NCBI GenBank assembly: GCA_013152275.1 | Contig: JAADGS010000090.1 | Coordinates: 1-64,000 of the forward strand | Reading direction: 5' to 3' | DNA length: 64,000 nucleotides | Origin: Actinomycetota bacterium | GTDB lineage: Bacteria; Actinomycetota; Acidimicrobiia; Spongiisociales; UBA4744 | Part shown: piece by piece, positions 49,678 to 60,072 of the stretch | Layout of the letters: every line of letters starts with the position of its first letter | How positions within the stretch are numbered: the stretch's first letter is position 1 | The notes under the pieces: generated by a model | What the model saw: only the letters and a program-made list of their open reading frames with translations | Told to the model about the DNA's origin: nothing | The model's database searches: none | Made by a program: the position numbers and the translations under genes

Positions 49678-49848
49678 GACGCTCCCCCTGCCCCTGCTCC
49701 ACGGGGAGATGTGTACCGGTGGTTCTCTCGATGCACCATTCGTGCCGGACCCCGACTCAGGAAACTCGAATGTCCCCACTGATGAGACCCGGCGAGGCCA
49801 CCCCTCCCGCCGCCCAAGATCACTTCGGCCCGACCGGCGGGCGCCGGT

Positions 49849-50856
49849 TCACGGGGTGGGGTGGTCCCTGAGCCAGGCTCGGAGCAGCTTCACATTCGCC
49901 TGGTGCTCTTTGTAGGTGACGGCATAGCGGGTCTCGCCCGAGTGCAAGTCGATGGTCACGTAGCCCGGCGGCGGGGCCAGGAAGGCGTCGAGCGACGCAT
50001 CGTCTGGGGAACAGATCGGCGTGGGCGGCAGACCGTCGTGCCGGTACGAGTTGTACGGCTGGTCGGATGCCCGTTCCTCACTGGTGGTGAAGATCCGGTC
50101 CTCGGGCACGGGGTAGAGGATGATTGAATCCATCTGCAAAGGCCCGCCGCCAGCCAGCCGGTTGGTGAGCACGCGCGCCACTCTGGGCTTCTCGTTCTGG
50201 TTGTACGTCTCCTTCTCGATCACCGAGGCGGCGGTCAGCACCCGGTGCCACTGATCCCGGGGAACGTTGCGCTCTTCGAGTTGCGCCACCCGGCGATCCA
50301 CCATCGCCTGCACGATCTCCCCTGCGCTTGCACCGTCGGCCGGTTCGTAGGTGCCGGGCGCCAGCCAGCCCTCCGCGTTGCCGCCGGCCTCGGGCGGCAG
50401 CTCCACTTCGGCGATCGCCACCTCCACCTCGGCGGTGTTGAATCCAAAAGCGGTGGCGATATCCGCCGCCAGGTGCTTGGTGAGAGCGCCGCCCGGAGCG
50501 ACCGTGTCCGGCCCCGCAGTGGGTTTGGGTACTGGGGCGTACCCGCTCGCCGGCGAGGCCGGGGACACTGACGTAGTCGTCGTCGCCGGCGGTGCAGTGG
50601 TGGTGGTCGAGGGTGCGAAAGTGGTCGTCGTGGTGGTAGCGGGAGGCAAAGGCGCCGTAGCGGACCTGGGTGCGGGGTCCGGCGGCGAAGCTTCGGTCAC
50701 GGAGGTCTCCGCCGCGACCAGTTCGTCCGGCACCGCGCCATCGCCGCTCTCGTCTCCCCCGCCGCCGAGCACCAACGCCAGAATCGCCGCCACCGCCAGC
50801 ACCGCCAAGCCGGCCAAGGTCCATGCCAGAGATCTCGATCTCACAGACACCATCAT
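49849..50856 (-). CDS. Endolytic transglycosylase MltG-like protein, shortened, with Thr/Pro-rich linker
   Basis: N-terminal TM; EGWLAPGTY, ASVIEKE (catalytic Glu), VARV..NRL, LQMD, PYNSY...GLPPTPI. Confidence 0.8.
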   Translation of the reverse strand: MMVSVRSRSLAWTLAGLAVLAVAAILALVLGGGGDESGDGAVPDELVAAETSVTEASPPDPAPRSATAPLPPATTTTTTFAPSTTTTAPPATTTTSVSPASPASGYAPVPKPTAGPDTVAPGGALTKHLAADIATAFGFNTAEVEVAIAEVELPPEAGGNAEGWLAPGTYEPADGASAGEIVQAMVDRRVAQLEERNVPRDQWHRVLTAASVIEKETYNQNEKPRVARVLTNRLAGGGPLQMDSIILYPVPEDRIFTTSEERASDQPYNSYRHDGLPPTPICSPDDASLDAFLAPPPGYVTIDLHSGETRYAVTYKEHQANVKLLRAWLRDHPTP

Positions 50857-50876
50857 GCCGCGGCCACGCAGCAAAC

Positions 50877-51002
50877 CTGAAATCAGGTTGATGATGCTCC
50901 GCTCGCTGTCGAAGAACCAGGCAAGCTGGTCCCGTCGGGACCGGAGTCAATCGAGTCTTCCGTGGCCACGTCCGAAAGGTCGAGCCCCTCGAACTCGACG
51001 CC
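50877..51002 (-). pseudogene. VOC/glyoxalase-family C-terminal relic
   Basis: GVEFEGLDL....EDSI..GPDG /frameshift/ LAWFFDSERSIINLI resembles VOC GVEFEEYD...AWFKDSEGNI. Confidence 0.55.
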
Positions 51003-51229
51003 TTCCACCGCCTTCCCTCATCATTGCGGTACAACCGGAGGGTGGCCGAATCTCCGGTTGGTCCAAGCGAATGCAGAAGGGGTGGAGCCCCCGTCCCTCA
51101 ATATGGGATCGGTTGCGGAACGGCGCTACAAGAGCTTTCAGAGTCGCGTTGTGGTCGTGGGCTCCAAGAGCGTGCCCAGATATCAGGTCAGTGAAGGCGC
51201 AGAAACCCCCGTCTACCAGGGGTTGCGCG

Positions 51230-51276
51230 TGGTGGGCAATACTGGGATCGAATCGGTGACATCTGCCGTGTGAAGG
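51230..51276 (-). pseudogene. Degenerate 3' half of tRNA-Val(CAC); probable att relic
   Basis: Minus strand CCTTCACACGGCAGATGTCACCGATTCGATCCCAGTATTGCCCACCA: anticodon loop, mutated T arm, acceptor and CCA; no 5' half. Confidence 0.7.
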
Positions 51277-51791
51277 TTTCTGGAGGCCTTGGTGCGTCTG
51301 CGCAGAATCGGGGTGATAGGACGAGAAGCCTTGTGCACTATGGGTTTCCGGCTCTCATCGTTTCGCGTCTCTTCTCGGTGTTTCTCAGCATCATGTGGAC
51401 GCGATGTGGTCGCGAGAACCGACCCCGAATCGGATGTGTCGTGGAACACTGCCTCGATGCGCACGGTGTATCTAATCTGGACGACAGGGCGCGGTCGGTC
51501 CCATCAGTCGCTCTTCACCCGCTGATCCGTACTCATTAGCACGGCTCCTCGCAATCTTGAGGACACGGCTGAAATCCATGCGGCACATCAATTCTCGCCG
51601 CTCACCGGTTTGCACCGGTTCCCGTCGTTTCTCAACCTCTCGCGGCCCAGGCCCAGTGTGTTCCACCGCCGGGTTTCGGCGACATCTTCCTGCTGTAGAA
51701 ACCTGTGCGTCCTCGGCAGGCCGCGATGAGTGTCTGATTGATGATGCAGGCGGTGTCGCGGGACGTTCCGGTTTCATACCGATGCGCGACC

Positions 51792-52400
51792 TCAGCCTGA
51801 TGGAACCGACCATGGAATGGCGGTTTCGTCCCCGCCAGGAACGATGACCTGCAAGACACGCCACCTGCCGCTAGGTGATTGCGCCAAGCGGAACCGGACT
51901 TCTCCATCGATCCCTGCAACGACGGAGGAAACCTCGATGTCGTCCCCCACCTGTGTCTCATCGCCTGGGGTGACATCACCGCTCAGATCGATGAGATACG
52001 CATCGTTGCGATCGGCAATCATCATGACCTCGCTAAAGAGGTACCACCGGTCGGTGGTCTCGAGGTTGTCGAACGACAAGACTGAAGCTATCTCGGAACC
52101 CATGTCCGGCACGGCGTCAGTGTCAATGACGTTGCGCCACTGCAACAGGTCGAATGAGGCCCCAAGAATCTCCTGGGTTCTCATGTCGAACGTGAGCCAT
52201 ACCGTCATGAAGTCATTCCGTGCAAACGCATCGGCGAACGTCTCGACCGCCGCAGACGGAGACTCCAAATCAAGAGACTCGTAGAAGTTCACAGCGCCAT
52301 CAGAATCGGACGACTCCGCAGTACATCCAGCCCCAATGAGACCCAGGACTACCACCAGCGCTACCGCTCCGACACTCGAACGAGAACGCGGTCTGGTCAT
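51792..52400 (-). CDS. Hypothetical lipoprotein
   Basis: Signal peptide with lipobox GAGC; acidic 200-aa body; no recognised family. Confidence 0.65.
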   Translation of the reverse strand: MTRPRSRSSVGAVALVVVLGLIGAGCTAESSDSDGAVNFYESLDLESPSAAVETFADAFARNDFMTVWLTFDMRTQEILGASFDLLQWRNVIDTDAVPDMGSEIASVLSFDNLETTDRWYLFSEVMMIADRNDAYLIDLSGDVTPGDETQVGDDIEVSSVVAGIDGEVRFRLAQSPSGRWRVLQVIVPGGDETAIPWSVPSG

Positions 52401-52560
52401 CTGGCCGTCGCCTGTGTCAAACACCGAGGGATCACACTTCCAAGTCTGACACATCGCCTTCCCATATCTGGCATTTATGTTCGGCTGCCGGCCGCGCCAT
52501 GGCAGTGCTTGTACTTGCGTCCCGACCCGCACGGGCACGGTTTGTTGCGTCCGACCTTCG

Positions 52561-52839
52561 TGTGGTTCGCTCCTCATCGCCGCCGGCGCCCATCCTCGCC
52601 ACGTCAAGGAGCACCTCGGCCACTCGAGCATCCGCGTCACGATGGACGTCTACGGGCATCTCTACGAGGACTCCAAGGACGAAATCGCCCGGCGTCTGGA
52701 GGCTCATCGGGACAGGGAAATCGCCCGCCGAACGCGCCGCTGCACGAATTATCGCGCCCTCCCCGCGGCCTGCAGGCACGAAACGACCAAACACGAAAAC
52801 TCCTGTCGGCACAAGGGCTTTCGATCGCTCCGGGGGTGA
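52561..52839 (+). pseudogene. Tyrosine integrase C-terminal relic
   Basis: [35 protein letters not shown] (LGH..Y catalytic motif), pointing toward the tRNA-Asn 3' end; N-terminus absent. Confidence 0.85.
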
Positions 52840-52900
52840 GACTCGAACTCACAACCTGCGGATTAACAGTCCGATGCTCTGCCAATTGAGCTACCCCGGA
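52828..52900 (-). tRNA. tRNA-Asn(GTT)
   Basis: TCCGGGG TAGCTCAATTGGCAGAGC A TCGGA CTGTTAA TCCGC AGGTT GTGAG TTCGAGT CTCAC CCCCGGA G: cloverleaf with anticodon GTT; CCA not encoded. Confidence 0.96.
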
Positions 52901-52950
52901 TCGGAGAGGGATGGTACCACCGTAGAATTGGGTCTCATACGAAGGGAGCA

Positions 52951-53166
52951 ATGATGAGATTTCGACTCGGACTGCTGCTCGGTTTCGCCCTCGGATACAT
53001 TCTTGGCGCAAAGGCCGGCAGGGAACGCTACGAGCAGATCGTCAAAGCATGCCGTGGACTCACCGAAGTCGAGGGCGTCCAGAGCGCGACCGGCAAGGTG
53101 AAAGAGACCGTTGGCGAAGGGATGACGGCGGCGTCGCAGCTGATCCGGGACCGCATAGAGACCTGA
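52951..53166 (+). CDS. Small YtxH-like membrane-anchored protein
   Basis: LGFALGYILGAKAGRERYEQI, a conserved actinobacterial motif typically found near dnaG/tRNA-Asn. Confidence 0.8.
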   Translation: MMRFRLGLLLGFALGYILGAKAGRERYEQIVKACRGLTEVEGVQSATGKVKETVGEGMTAASQLIRDRIET

Positions 53167-53183
53167 CCTCGCGACGCCCCGAC

Positions 53184-54317
53184 TCAGTCGTCACCAAGGA
53201 AACCTTCGAGCCGCTTCGAGCGGGCCGGATGACGCAGCTTCGCCAGGGCTTTCGTTTCGAGTTGGCGGATCCGCTCCCTGGTCACGTTGAAATGTTTCCC
53301 CACTTCTTCGAGCGTGCGCACCTGCCCGTCCTCGAGGCCGAACCGCATCACGATGACCTGTCGTTCCCGCTCGTTGAGTTCTTCGAGCGCGTGCGCGACG
53401 TACTCCTGGAGCAGCTTGAACGCTGCCGCCTCGACCGGAACGGCGGCTTCCGGATCCTGCACGAAGTCGCCAAGTGTGGAGTCGTCCTCCTCCCCCAGCG
53501 GCGTCTCGAGCGACACCGGATCCTGAGCGATGCGACGAAGCTCGGAGACTCTGTCGGGGTCGACCTCGAGTTCGGTGGCAATCTCTGCAATCGTCGGTTC
53601 ACGGCCGAGCTCCTGCAACAGCCGCCGCTGCGCGTGGGCGAGCTTGTTGATCGTCTCCACCATGTGCACCGGAACCCGGATGGTTCGCCCTTGGTCGGCC
53701 AGGGCCCGTGTCACCGACTGTCGTATCCACCAGGTTGCATACGTCGAGAACTTGAACCCCTTGCGATAGTCGAATTTCTCCACTGCACGCATGAGGCCGA
53801 GATTCCCTTCCTGGATCAGGTCCAGGAGCGGCATGCCGCGTCCCACGTACCGCTTGGCGATGGACACCACCAGCCGGAGGTTCGCCTCCACGAGTCGCTG
53901 CTGCGCCGAGTCCCCTCGGCGCCGGTCACGCTCGAGGATCGCACGGTCTTCGGTGCTCAGCGACGTGTCTTCGCTCTCGAGCCGCTCTGCGGCGCGCCGC
54001 CCCGCCTCGAGCAGCATTGCAAGCTCGACTTCCTGCTGAGGGGTGAGTAACGCAACTCGTCCGATCTCCCTCAGATACATTCGCACGGGATCGGAGACCG
54101 CCATCAGATCATCCTCGACGACGCGGATGTCGAGAACATCTTCGCTGTCCTCCTCGATGCGTACATCTCGGCTCCTCAGCCGATCGGCAACGTGGTCAAA
54201 CGCCTCGACGGGTGCCTTCAGGTCTTCGAGTTCCTGCTGTATCTCGCCCACGGTCACGAATCCACGCTGGCGAGCACGTTTGACGAGGACCTCGATCAGA
54301 TCACGGAAGGATTCCAA
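53184..54317 (-). CDS. rpoD: RNA polymerase sigma-70 factor (RpoD/SigA group)
   Basis: [60 protein letters not shown]. Confidence 0.9.
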   Translation of the reverse strand: MESFRDLIEVLVKRARQRGFVTVGEIQQELEDLKAPVEAFDHVADRLRSRDVRIEEDSEDVLDIRVVEDDLMAVSDPVRMYLREIGRVALLTPQQEVELAMLLEAGRRAAERLESEDTSLSTEDRAILERDRRRGDSAQQRLVEANLRLVVSIAKRYVGRGMPLLDLIQEGNLGLMRAVEKFDYRKGFKFSTYATWWIRQSVTRALADQGRTIRVPVHMVETINKLAHAQRRLLQELGREPTIAEIATELEVDPDRVSELRRIAQDPVSLETPLGEEDDSTLGDFVQDPEAAVPVEAAAFKLLQEYVAHALEELNERERQVIVMRFGLEDGQVRTLEEVGKHFNVTRERIRQLETKALAKLRHPARSKRLEGFLGDD

Positions 54318-56081
54318 CTAGCTCCTCTTTCCCATCTCGCGCTTCTTGTGCTCCAAACCTATCAACTCACCGAACAACGTGGAATGGGTCTGTGGTTCCG
54401 ATCCGGGATCGATCTGCTCCAGGCGCCGGCGAATCTCCGCGGCCTGGGAGTCGATCCGGGCAATCTCCAACCTGCGGACGAGTGCTACAGGATCCTCCAG
54501 CGGTTGTTCGTCGACGATCAATGCTCGAATCATCTGGCCGATCCGGTCGTTCCGTTCACCAACCACACCACCCAGTTGAGGGCGCATGCCGGGAGGAAGG
54601 CCGGCCAACACCCCCTTGAGCAGATCATATGCATCGCGATGATCCTCTGCACCAAAGAGATCCCTGTCGATCTCGAGTCCTTCGAGTCCGGGATCGTTGA
54701 CGGCAAGAGCCCGAAGGAGTTGACGTTCCGCCTTCTCGATTCCGGACCGGCGTGCGGGTGGACGGTCCCTCACCGGCTTGCCGTGCCCACCGACAAACGC
54801 CTCCTCGACGGCAGAGAGAACCGGTGCGAATTCGGAGCCGACCTTCCTCGCGAGAAAACGGGCGTATTCACGACGCACCAGCGAGTCGGGCTGTCGGGCG
54901 AGCAAGCCGACAACCGACCGAATCGCCCGTGCCCGGGCCTCGGGTTCGTCCAGGTTGTACCCGGACAGTTCCCGTTCGATCCGGAACTGCAGCAGAGGCC
55001 GGGACTGCTCGATCGCCTCTCGCAGCTCATCGACCCTCCCGTCTTGCACCATGTCTGCAGGGTCTTTTCCCTCGGGCATGACGGCGACACGCACGTCGAG
55101 GTCCAGCTGCACGGGGGTGCGCAGCTCGTCGCCACGGATCGCTGCTCCGGCTCCCGCCTGATCGGCATCGAACGCGAGAACCACACGGTCGGCAAAGCGG
55201 CGCAACACGTCGAAGTGATCCTCACCGAGAGCGGTGCCACACGTTGCCACGGCCTGGGGGATCCCGGCCTGATGCATGCCCATCACGTCGGTGTATCCCT
55301 CCACGATCACCGAGAACCCGGAACGGCTGATGTCCCCCTTCGCCCAGTTCAAGCCGTAGAGCAGCCTCGCCTTCCGATAGATACGGGTCTCGGGACTGTT
55401 CAGGTACTTCGGCCCCGTGCCTTCGAGGAGGCGGGCTCCGAATCCGACCGGGTCGCCACGAAGATCGAAGATCGGGAACATCACCCGGTTTCGAAACCAG
55501 TCCCTGAGCCGCCCGTTGCTCGTCCGTGTTGCGAGGCCGGCACCCACCATCACCTTCTCCGACACCTTGCGCTCTCGAAGGTGATCGATGAGGGCGCTCC
55601 ACTGCTCAGGCGCAAAGCCGATCTGGAACCGATCGATCACGTCACCGTCGTAGCCACGGCCACGTAGGTAGGCACGCGCCCGGCCTGCATCGACACCGCT
55701 GCGAAGACGCTCGTTGTAGAACGAAACAGCAATCCGGACGGCGTCGACCAGGGCCTCCCTCTCCCCTTTGCGGCGGGCGGCCTGCGGATCACGGTGCAGT
55801 GTGACACCCGCCTGCGCAGCGAGGTACTCGACTGCTTCACTGAATTCGAGACCCTGTGTTTCCTGTACGAATCGAAAGATGTCTCCACCGGCACCGCAGC
55901 CAAAACAGTGATAGAGACCCTGAGCGACGTCGATGGACAGCGACGGTGTCTTCTCCTGGTGGAACGGACAGATCGCCTTGTAGCTGCGGCCCGTCCTCTT
56001 GACGGTGGTGACGGCTTCGAGTAGATCCACGATATTGATAGAGGATCTGACACGCTCGATGTCGGTGCGCTGATAGGCCAT
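54318..56081 (-). CDS. dnaG: DNA primase
   Basis: Zn finger CPFHQEKTPS...CFGC, PKYLNSPET, TOPRIM VEGYTD, FDADQAG, GKDP. Confidence 0.96.
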   Translation of the reverse strand: MAYQRTDIERVRSSINIVDLLEAVTTVKRTGRSYKAICPFHQEKTPSLSIDVAQGLYHCFGCGAGGDIFRFVQETQGLEFSEAVEYLAAQAGVTLHRDPQAARRKGEREALVDAVRIAVSFYNERLRSGVDAGRARAYLRGRGYDGDVIDRFQIGFAPEQWSALIDHLRERKVSEKVMVGAGLATRTSNGRLRDWFRNRVMFPIFDLRGDPVGFGARLLEGTGPKYLNSPETRIYRKARLLYGLNWAKGDISRSGFSVIVEGYTDVMGMHQAGIPQAVATCGTALGEDHFDVLRRFADRVVLAFDADQAGAGAAIRGDELRTPVQLDLDVRVAVMPEGKDPADMVQDGRVDELREAIEQSRPLLQFRIERELSGYNLDEPEARARAIRSVVGLLARQPDSLVRREYARFLARKVGSEFAPVLSAVEEAFVGGHGKPVRDRPPARRSGIEKAERQLLRALAVNDPGLEGLEIDRDLFGAEDHRDAYDLLKGVLAGLPPGMRPQLGGVVGERNDRIGQMIRALIVDEQPLEDPVALVRRLEIARIDSQAAEIRRRLEQIDPGSEPQTHSTLFGELIGLEHKKREMGKRS

Positions 56082-56110
56082 CACAGCGAGTGTAAACGGG
56101 CAATCGTGGA

Positions 56111-57112
56111 TCAGTTCGAGTGCTCTCGCAGTGCCGCGAAGTGACAGGCGCTGGGGTGATCGAGACCCGGACGAATCTTCAGCTCCGGCTCCTCCTCGGC
56201 GCAGATGTCTTGGGCCTTCCAACATCGCGTTCGAAACCTGCACCCCGACGGTGGATTCGCCGGACTCGGGACGTCACCTTCGAGCAGGATCCGATCCTTG
56301 CGGGCATCGATGTCGGGATCCGGAATCGGCACTGCAGACAACAGAGCCTGCGTATACGGATGGCCGGGCCGGTCGTAGATCTCGGCTTCGGTACCGAACT
56401 CGACGATCTTGCCCAGATACATCACCGCAACCCGATCGGAGATATGTCGAACCACCGACAGGTCGTGAGCGATGAAGAGGTACGAAAGACCCAGCTCCCC
56501 CTGAAGCTCCTCCAACAGGTTCACAACCTGGGCCTGGACCGAGACATCAAGTGCCGAAACCGGTTCGTCGCACAGGATGATGCTCGGATTCAACGCCAGG
56601 GCGCGAGCCACTCCCACCCGCTGGCGCTGTCCCCCCGAGAACTGGTGGGGATAACGGTTGACGTGGTTCGGATTCAATCCCACGACCTCGAGGAGCTCCC
56701 GGACTCGTGCGCGTCGCTGCTCTCGAGGCACCATCGACGAGTGGATGGCCCACGGCTCCGCAACGATGTCTCCGATGGTCATGCGCGGGTTCAGTGACGC
56801 GTAGGGATCCTGGAAGATGATCTGGATGTTTCTCCGCAGCTCCCGCATCTCCGCCTTCGGCAAGTCGAAAATGCTGTGTCCATCGAAGTACGCGGCGCCA
56901 CTCGTCGCTTTCTCTAGTCGCAAGAGCGTCCGGGCCACCGTCGACTTGCCACAGCCGGATTCGCCGACGAGGCCAAGCGTCTCCCCTTTGTGGAGGTCGA
57001 AACTGATGCCGTCGACCGCCTTGATCGTGCCGACCTGACGTTTCAGCAGGATCCCCCGCAAGATCGGAAAATGCTTGACGAGATCCTGAACCACGAGGAT
57101 CGGCTCAGCCAT
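56111..57112 (-). CDS. Oligopeptide/dipeptide ABC ATP-binding protein (OppF/DppF)
   Basis: [28 protein letters not shown]-terminal CRFRTRC. Confidence 0.95.
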   Translation of the reverse strand: MAEPILVVQDLVKHFPILRGILLKRQVGTIKAVDGISFDLHKGETLGLVGESGCGKSTVARTLLRLEKATSGAAYFDGHSIFDLPKAEMRELRRNIQIIFQDPYASLNPRMTIGDIVAEPWAIHSSMVPREQRRARVRELLEVVGLNPNHVNRYPHQFSGGQRQRVGVARALALNPSIILCDEPVSALDVSVQAQVVNLLEELQGELGLSYLFIAHDLSVVRHISDRVAVMYLGKIVEFGTEAEIYDRPGHPYTQALLSAVPIPDPDIDARKDRILLEGDVPSPANPPSGCRFRTRCWKAQDICAEEEPELKIRPGLDHPSACHFAALREHSN

Positions 57113-58121
57113 CGGCCATCACATCCTCCGCGAAATGACACGCACTCATCCGCTCTGGCGCCACTTCGTGCAGCGCCGGAATCTCTCGCAGGCAGATGTC
57201 TCGAGCGTATGGGCAACGCGGGTGGAAGGCACAGCCGGATGGGACGAACATGAGATCCGGAGGGGACCCGACGATCGGATGCAGCTTCTCACCTTTACGA
57301 TCCGCTCGGGCGAGGGACCGCATGAGGCCGCGTGTGTACGGGTGAGCGGAGTCACGATAGAGCTCACGGATCGGCGCGGTCTCGACGAGTCTGCCCGCAT
57401 ACATCACGGCGACTCGGTCGGCCACCTCCGCGACGACCGCCAAGTCGTGCGTGATGAGGATCAACCCCATCCCGGTCTCACCCTGGAGTTCGGCGAGGAG
57501 ATCCATGATCTGTGCCTGCACGGTGACATCGAGTGCGGTCGTCGGCTCATCGGCGATGAGGATTTCGGGGCCGAGGGCCAGTGACATGGCGATCATCGCC
57601 CTCTGTCGCATCCCACCGGAGAACTCGTGAGGGTAAGAATCGACCCGCTCGATGGCCGAGGGGATCCGCGCCCGCTCCATGATCTCGATCGTCCGCTTCC
57701 GGGCCTCCTTCTTCGACAGGCCTTCATGCACCCGGAACATCTCGGCGATCTGCCAGCCGACCGTGAAGACCGGGTTCAAGGCCGTCAGGGCGTCCTGAAA
57801 CACCATGGCAATCTTCGTCCCGCGAAACTTGCGGCGCTCACCCTCGGGAAGTCCGAGCAGGTCGACGCCGCGGAACTTGACGCTGCCGCCGGTGATGAAT
57901 CCGGGCGGCGTATCGAGGATGCCCATGATCGCCTGAGAGCTCACGGTCTTCCCGGAACCCGACTCGCCGACGATCGCAAGCGTCTCATGGTGCTCGAGCA
58001 TGTAACTCACCCCGTCCACGGCTTTCACGATCCCGTCCCGCATGCGGAACTCGACCTTGAGACCGGTGACCTCCAGCAGCGGGGCAGTCACATCGAATGC
58101 GAACTCCTGGTCGTTGGCCAC
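57105..58121 (-). CDS. Oligopeptide/dipeptide ABC ATP-binding protein (OppD/DppD)
   Basis: [34 protein letters not shown]. Confidence 0.95.
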   Translation of the reverse strand: MANDQEFAFDVTAPLLEVTGLKVEFRMRDGIVKAVDGVSYMLEHHETLAIVGESGSGKTVSSQAIMGILDTPPGFITGGSVKFRGVDLLGLPEGERRKFRGTKIAMVFQDALTALNPVFTVGWQIAEMFRVHEGLSKKEARKRTIEIMERARIPSAIERVDSYPHEFSGGMRQRAMIAMSLALGPEILIADEPTTALDVTVQAQIMDLLAELQGETGMGLILITHDLAVVAEVADRVAVMYAGRLVETAPIRELYRDSAHPYTRGLMRSLARADRKGEKLHPIVGSPPDLMFVPSGCAFHPRCPYARDICLREIPALHEVAPERMSACHFAEDVMADG

Positions 58122-58123
58122 GG

Positions 58124-59065
58124 TCAGCGCAACTTCGGGTCGATTGCGTCCCGGAGCGCGTCGCCCATCAGGATGAAGCTGAAAACGGCGGCGCTCAGAA
58201 ACGCACCCGGGAACAGCAGCAGGTAGGGATGCTCGAGAATGTAGTTCTGGGCGACAGTGATCATCAGCCCCCAAGAAATCGCCGGCAACTGGATGCCGAC
58301 ACCGAGAAACGAAAGGCTGGCTTCCGCCGCAATGACGGCACCAACGGTGATCGTGGCGTAGACGATGACCGGTGCGATCGCGTTGGGCAGGATGTGGCGG
58401 GTGATGATCCGAAAGTCACTGGCGCCGAGCGCACGAGCAGCGTCCACATAGTCCTGCTCTTTCACCGAGAGCACCGTGCTTCGCAGCAGGCGAAGCATCG
58501 TCGGCCATCCCAGAATCGTGAGCACCAGAGCCACCTCGAAGAACCCTTTCGATCCGAGCAGGCTGAGAACCACGATCGCTCCAAGGATGAACGGAATGGC
58601 GAACCAGACATCGGTGACCCGAGCGATGATCGCGTCGAGCGCCTTGCCGTAGAACCCGGCGATCGAACCCAGCACGACGGCGATCACCACAGCTGCTGCG
58701 GTCACCACGACCCCGATGAAGATCGAGATCCGAGCGCCGTAGATGGTCCTTGCGTAATAGTCGCATCCCTGTAGGTCATACCCGAAGATGTGTTGTGCAC
58801 TGGGGCCTTCGAGTGAGTGCGCAAGATCACACGCATACGGATCTGCATGGGTGAACAGCGTCGGAAAGAACGACATCACGAGAAAGACGATGATGAGCAG
58901 AGACGAGATGATGAACATCGGGCTCTTCCTGAGCTGCCGCCACGCGTCCCTCCAGAGGCTCGCCGGCCGACCTCGATCCTCTTCTCCGTTGGTCGGTTTC
59001 CCGTCGAGAAGCCGACCACCACTCTCTCCCTCGGCCGGATCGCGGTCGAACCCCTCGTCACTCAT
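58124..59065 (-). CDS. Oligopeptide ABC permease (OppC/DppC)
   Basis: SLWRDAW, HIFGYD..G.D, DYVDAARALGA, RHILPN. Confidence 0.93.
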   Translation of the reverse strand: MSDEGFDRDPAEGESGGRLLDGKPTNGEEDRGRPASLWRDAWRQLRKSPMFIISSLLIIVFLVMSFFPTLFTHADPYACDLAHSLEGPSAQHIFGYDLQGCDYYARTIYGARISIFIGVVVTAAAVVIAVVLGSIAGFYGKALDAIIARVTDVWFAIPFILGAIVVLSLLGSKGFFEVALVLTILGWPTMLRLLRSTVLSVKEQDYVDAARALGASDFRIITRHILPNAIAPVIVYATITVGAVIAAEASLSFLGVGIQLPAISWGLMITVAQNYILEHPYLLLFPGAFLSAAVFSFILMGDALRDAIDPKLR

Positions 59066-59981
59066 AGCGGATCCTGGGATCCAGGACGGCATACAACAGG
59101 TCGACCAACAGGTTGGAGGTCATGTACACGACCACGAGGAACGTGACGATCCCGACGACCACCGGTCCCTCTTGATTCATCACGGCCTGGTACACGGCCC
59201 TGCCGATCCCTGGCAGGTTGAAGATCGTCTCGGTAATGATCGCACCCCCCATCAGCGCACCCAGGTCCACACCCAGGAAGGTCACCACGGGTATGAGCGA
59301 GTTGCGCAGCGTATGCACGCCGACTACTCGTGCCCGGCTCAGGCCCTTGGCGGTCGCCGTACGCACATAGTCGGCCCGCAGGTTCTCGACGAGACTGGTC
59401 CGCGTCAACCTGGCAACGTACGCGAGCGAGACGGACCCCAACACGAGCGCCGGGAGGATATAGCTATAGAACCCCTGCCGGATACCGGCGATCGGAAACA
59501 GGTGGATCTTCAGTCCCAGGACGATCTGGGCAATGAACCCGAGCACAAAGATGGGAATGGAGATCACCACGATCGTGGAGATGAGCACGAGTGTGTCCAT
59601 GAACCCTTCTCGTCGAAGCCCGGCAAGGACTCCTGCGAGAACTCCGATGATCGTCTCGAAGATGAACGCGTAGAGCGCCAGCCGGACGGTCACCGGCAGG
59701 CGCTGCTTCATGATGTCGGAGACGGGTCGACCCTGGAACGTCTCACCGAAGTTGCCCCGAAAGATGTTCTCCATGTAGATCAGGTACTGCTTCGGCAACG
59801 GGTCGTCGAGGTGATAACGGGCACGCAGTTCGTGCACGACGCTGGGAGGCATGGGACGTTCGCCGGAAAGGGCACGGATGGGATCTCCGGGAATCATGAA
59901 CACGAGGGCGAAGATCAGGAACGTCGCCCCGAGAAAGACCGGGATGAACTGGAGCAGCCGCCTGATCAGGTATCTACCCAC
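59058..59981 (-). CDS. Oligopeptide ABC permease (OppB/DppB)
   Basis: YLIRRLL, PGDP, DYVRTATAKGL, HTLRNS, TETIFN.PG.G. Confidence 0.93.
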   Translation of the reverse strand: MGRYLIRRLLQFIPVFLGATFLIFALVFMIPGDPIRALSGERPMPPSVVHELRARYHLDDPLPKQYLIYMENIFRGNFGETFQGRPVSDIMKQRLPVTVRLALYAFIFETIIGVLAGVLAGLRREGFMDTLVLISTIVVISIPIFVLGFIAQIVLGLKIHLFPIAGIRQGFYSYILPALVLGSVSLAYVARLTRTSLVENLRADYVRTATAKGLSRARVVGVHTLRNSLIPVVTFLGVDLGALMGGAIITETIFNLPGIGRAVYQAVMNQEGPVVVGIVTFLVVVYMTSNLLVDLLYAVLDPRIRYE

Positions 59982-60014
59982 GATCCTTCCTTGCCGATCC
60001 TTTCCCCCGACGCC

Positions 60015-60044
60015 ATGCAGGGGCGGCTCGCGCCGCCCCTGCAT
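60015..60044 (-). terminator. Stem-loop after the oppA-like gene
   Basis: 13-bp perfect stem ATGCAGGGGCGGC/GCCGCCCCTGCAT. Confidence 0.6.
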
Positions 60045-60072
60045 AGTAGTCTGGCTCGGGTAGTCGAGACTT

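Noticed and set aside
53184..56081. dnaG stop abutting the sigma factor TTG start as a novelty
   Set aside because: dnaG-rpoD linkage is the well-known macromolecular synthesis operon arrangement.
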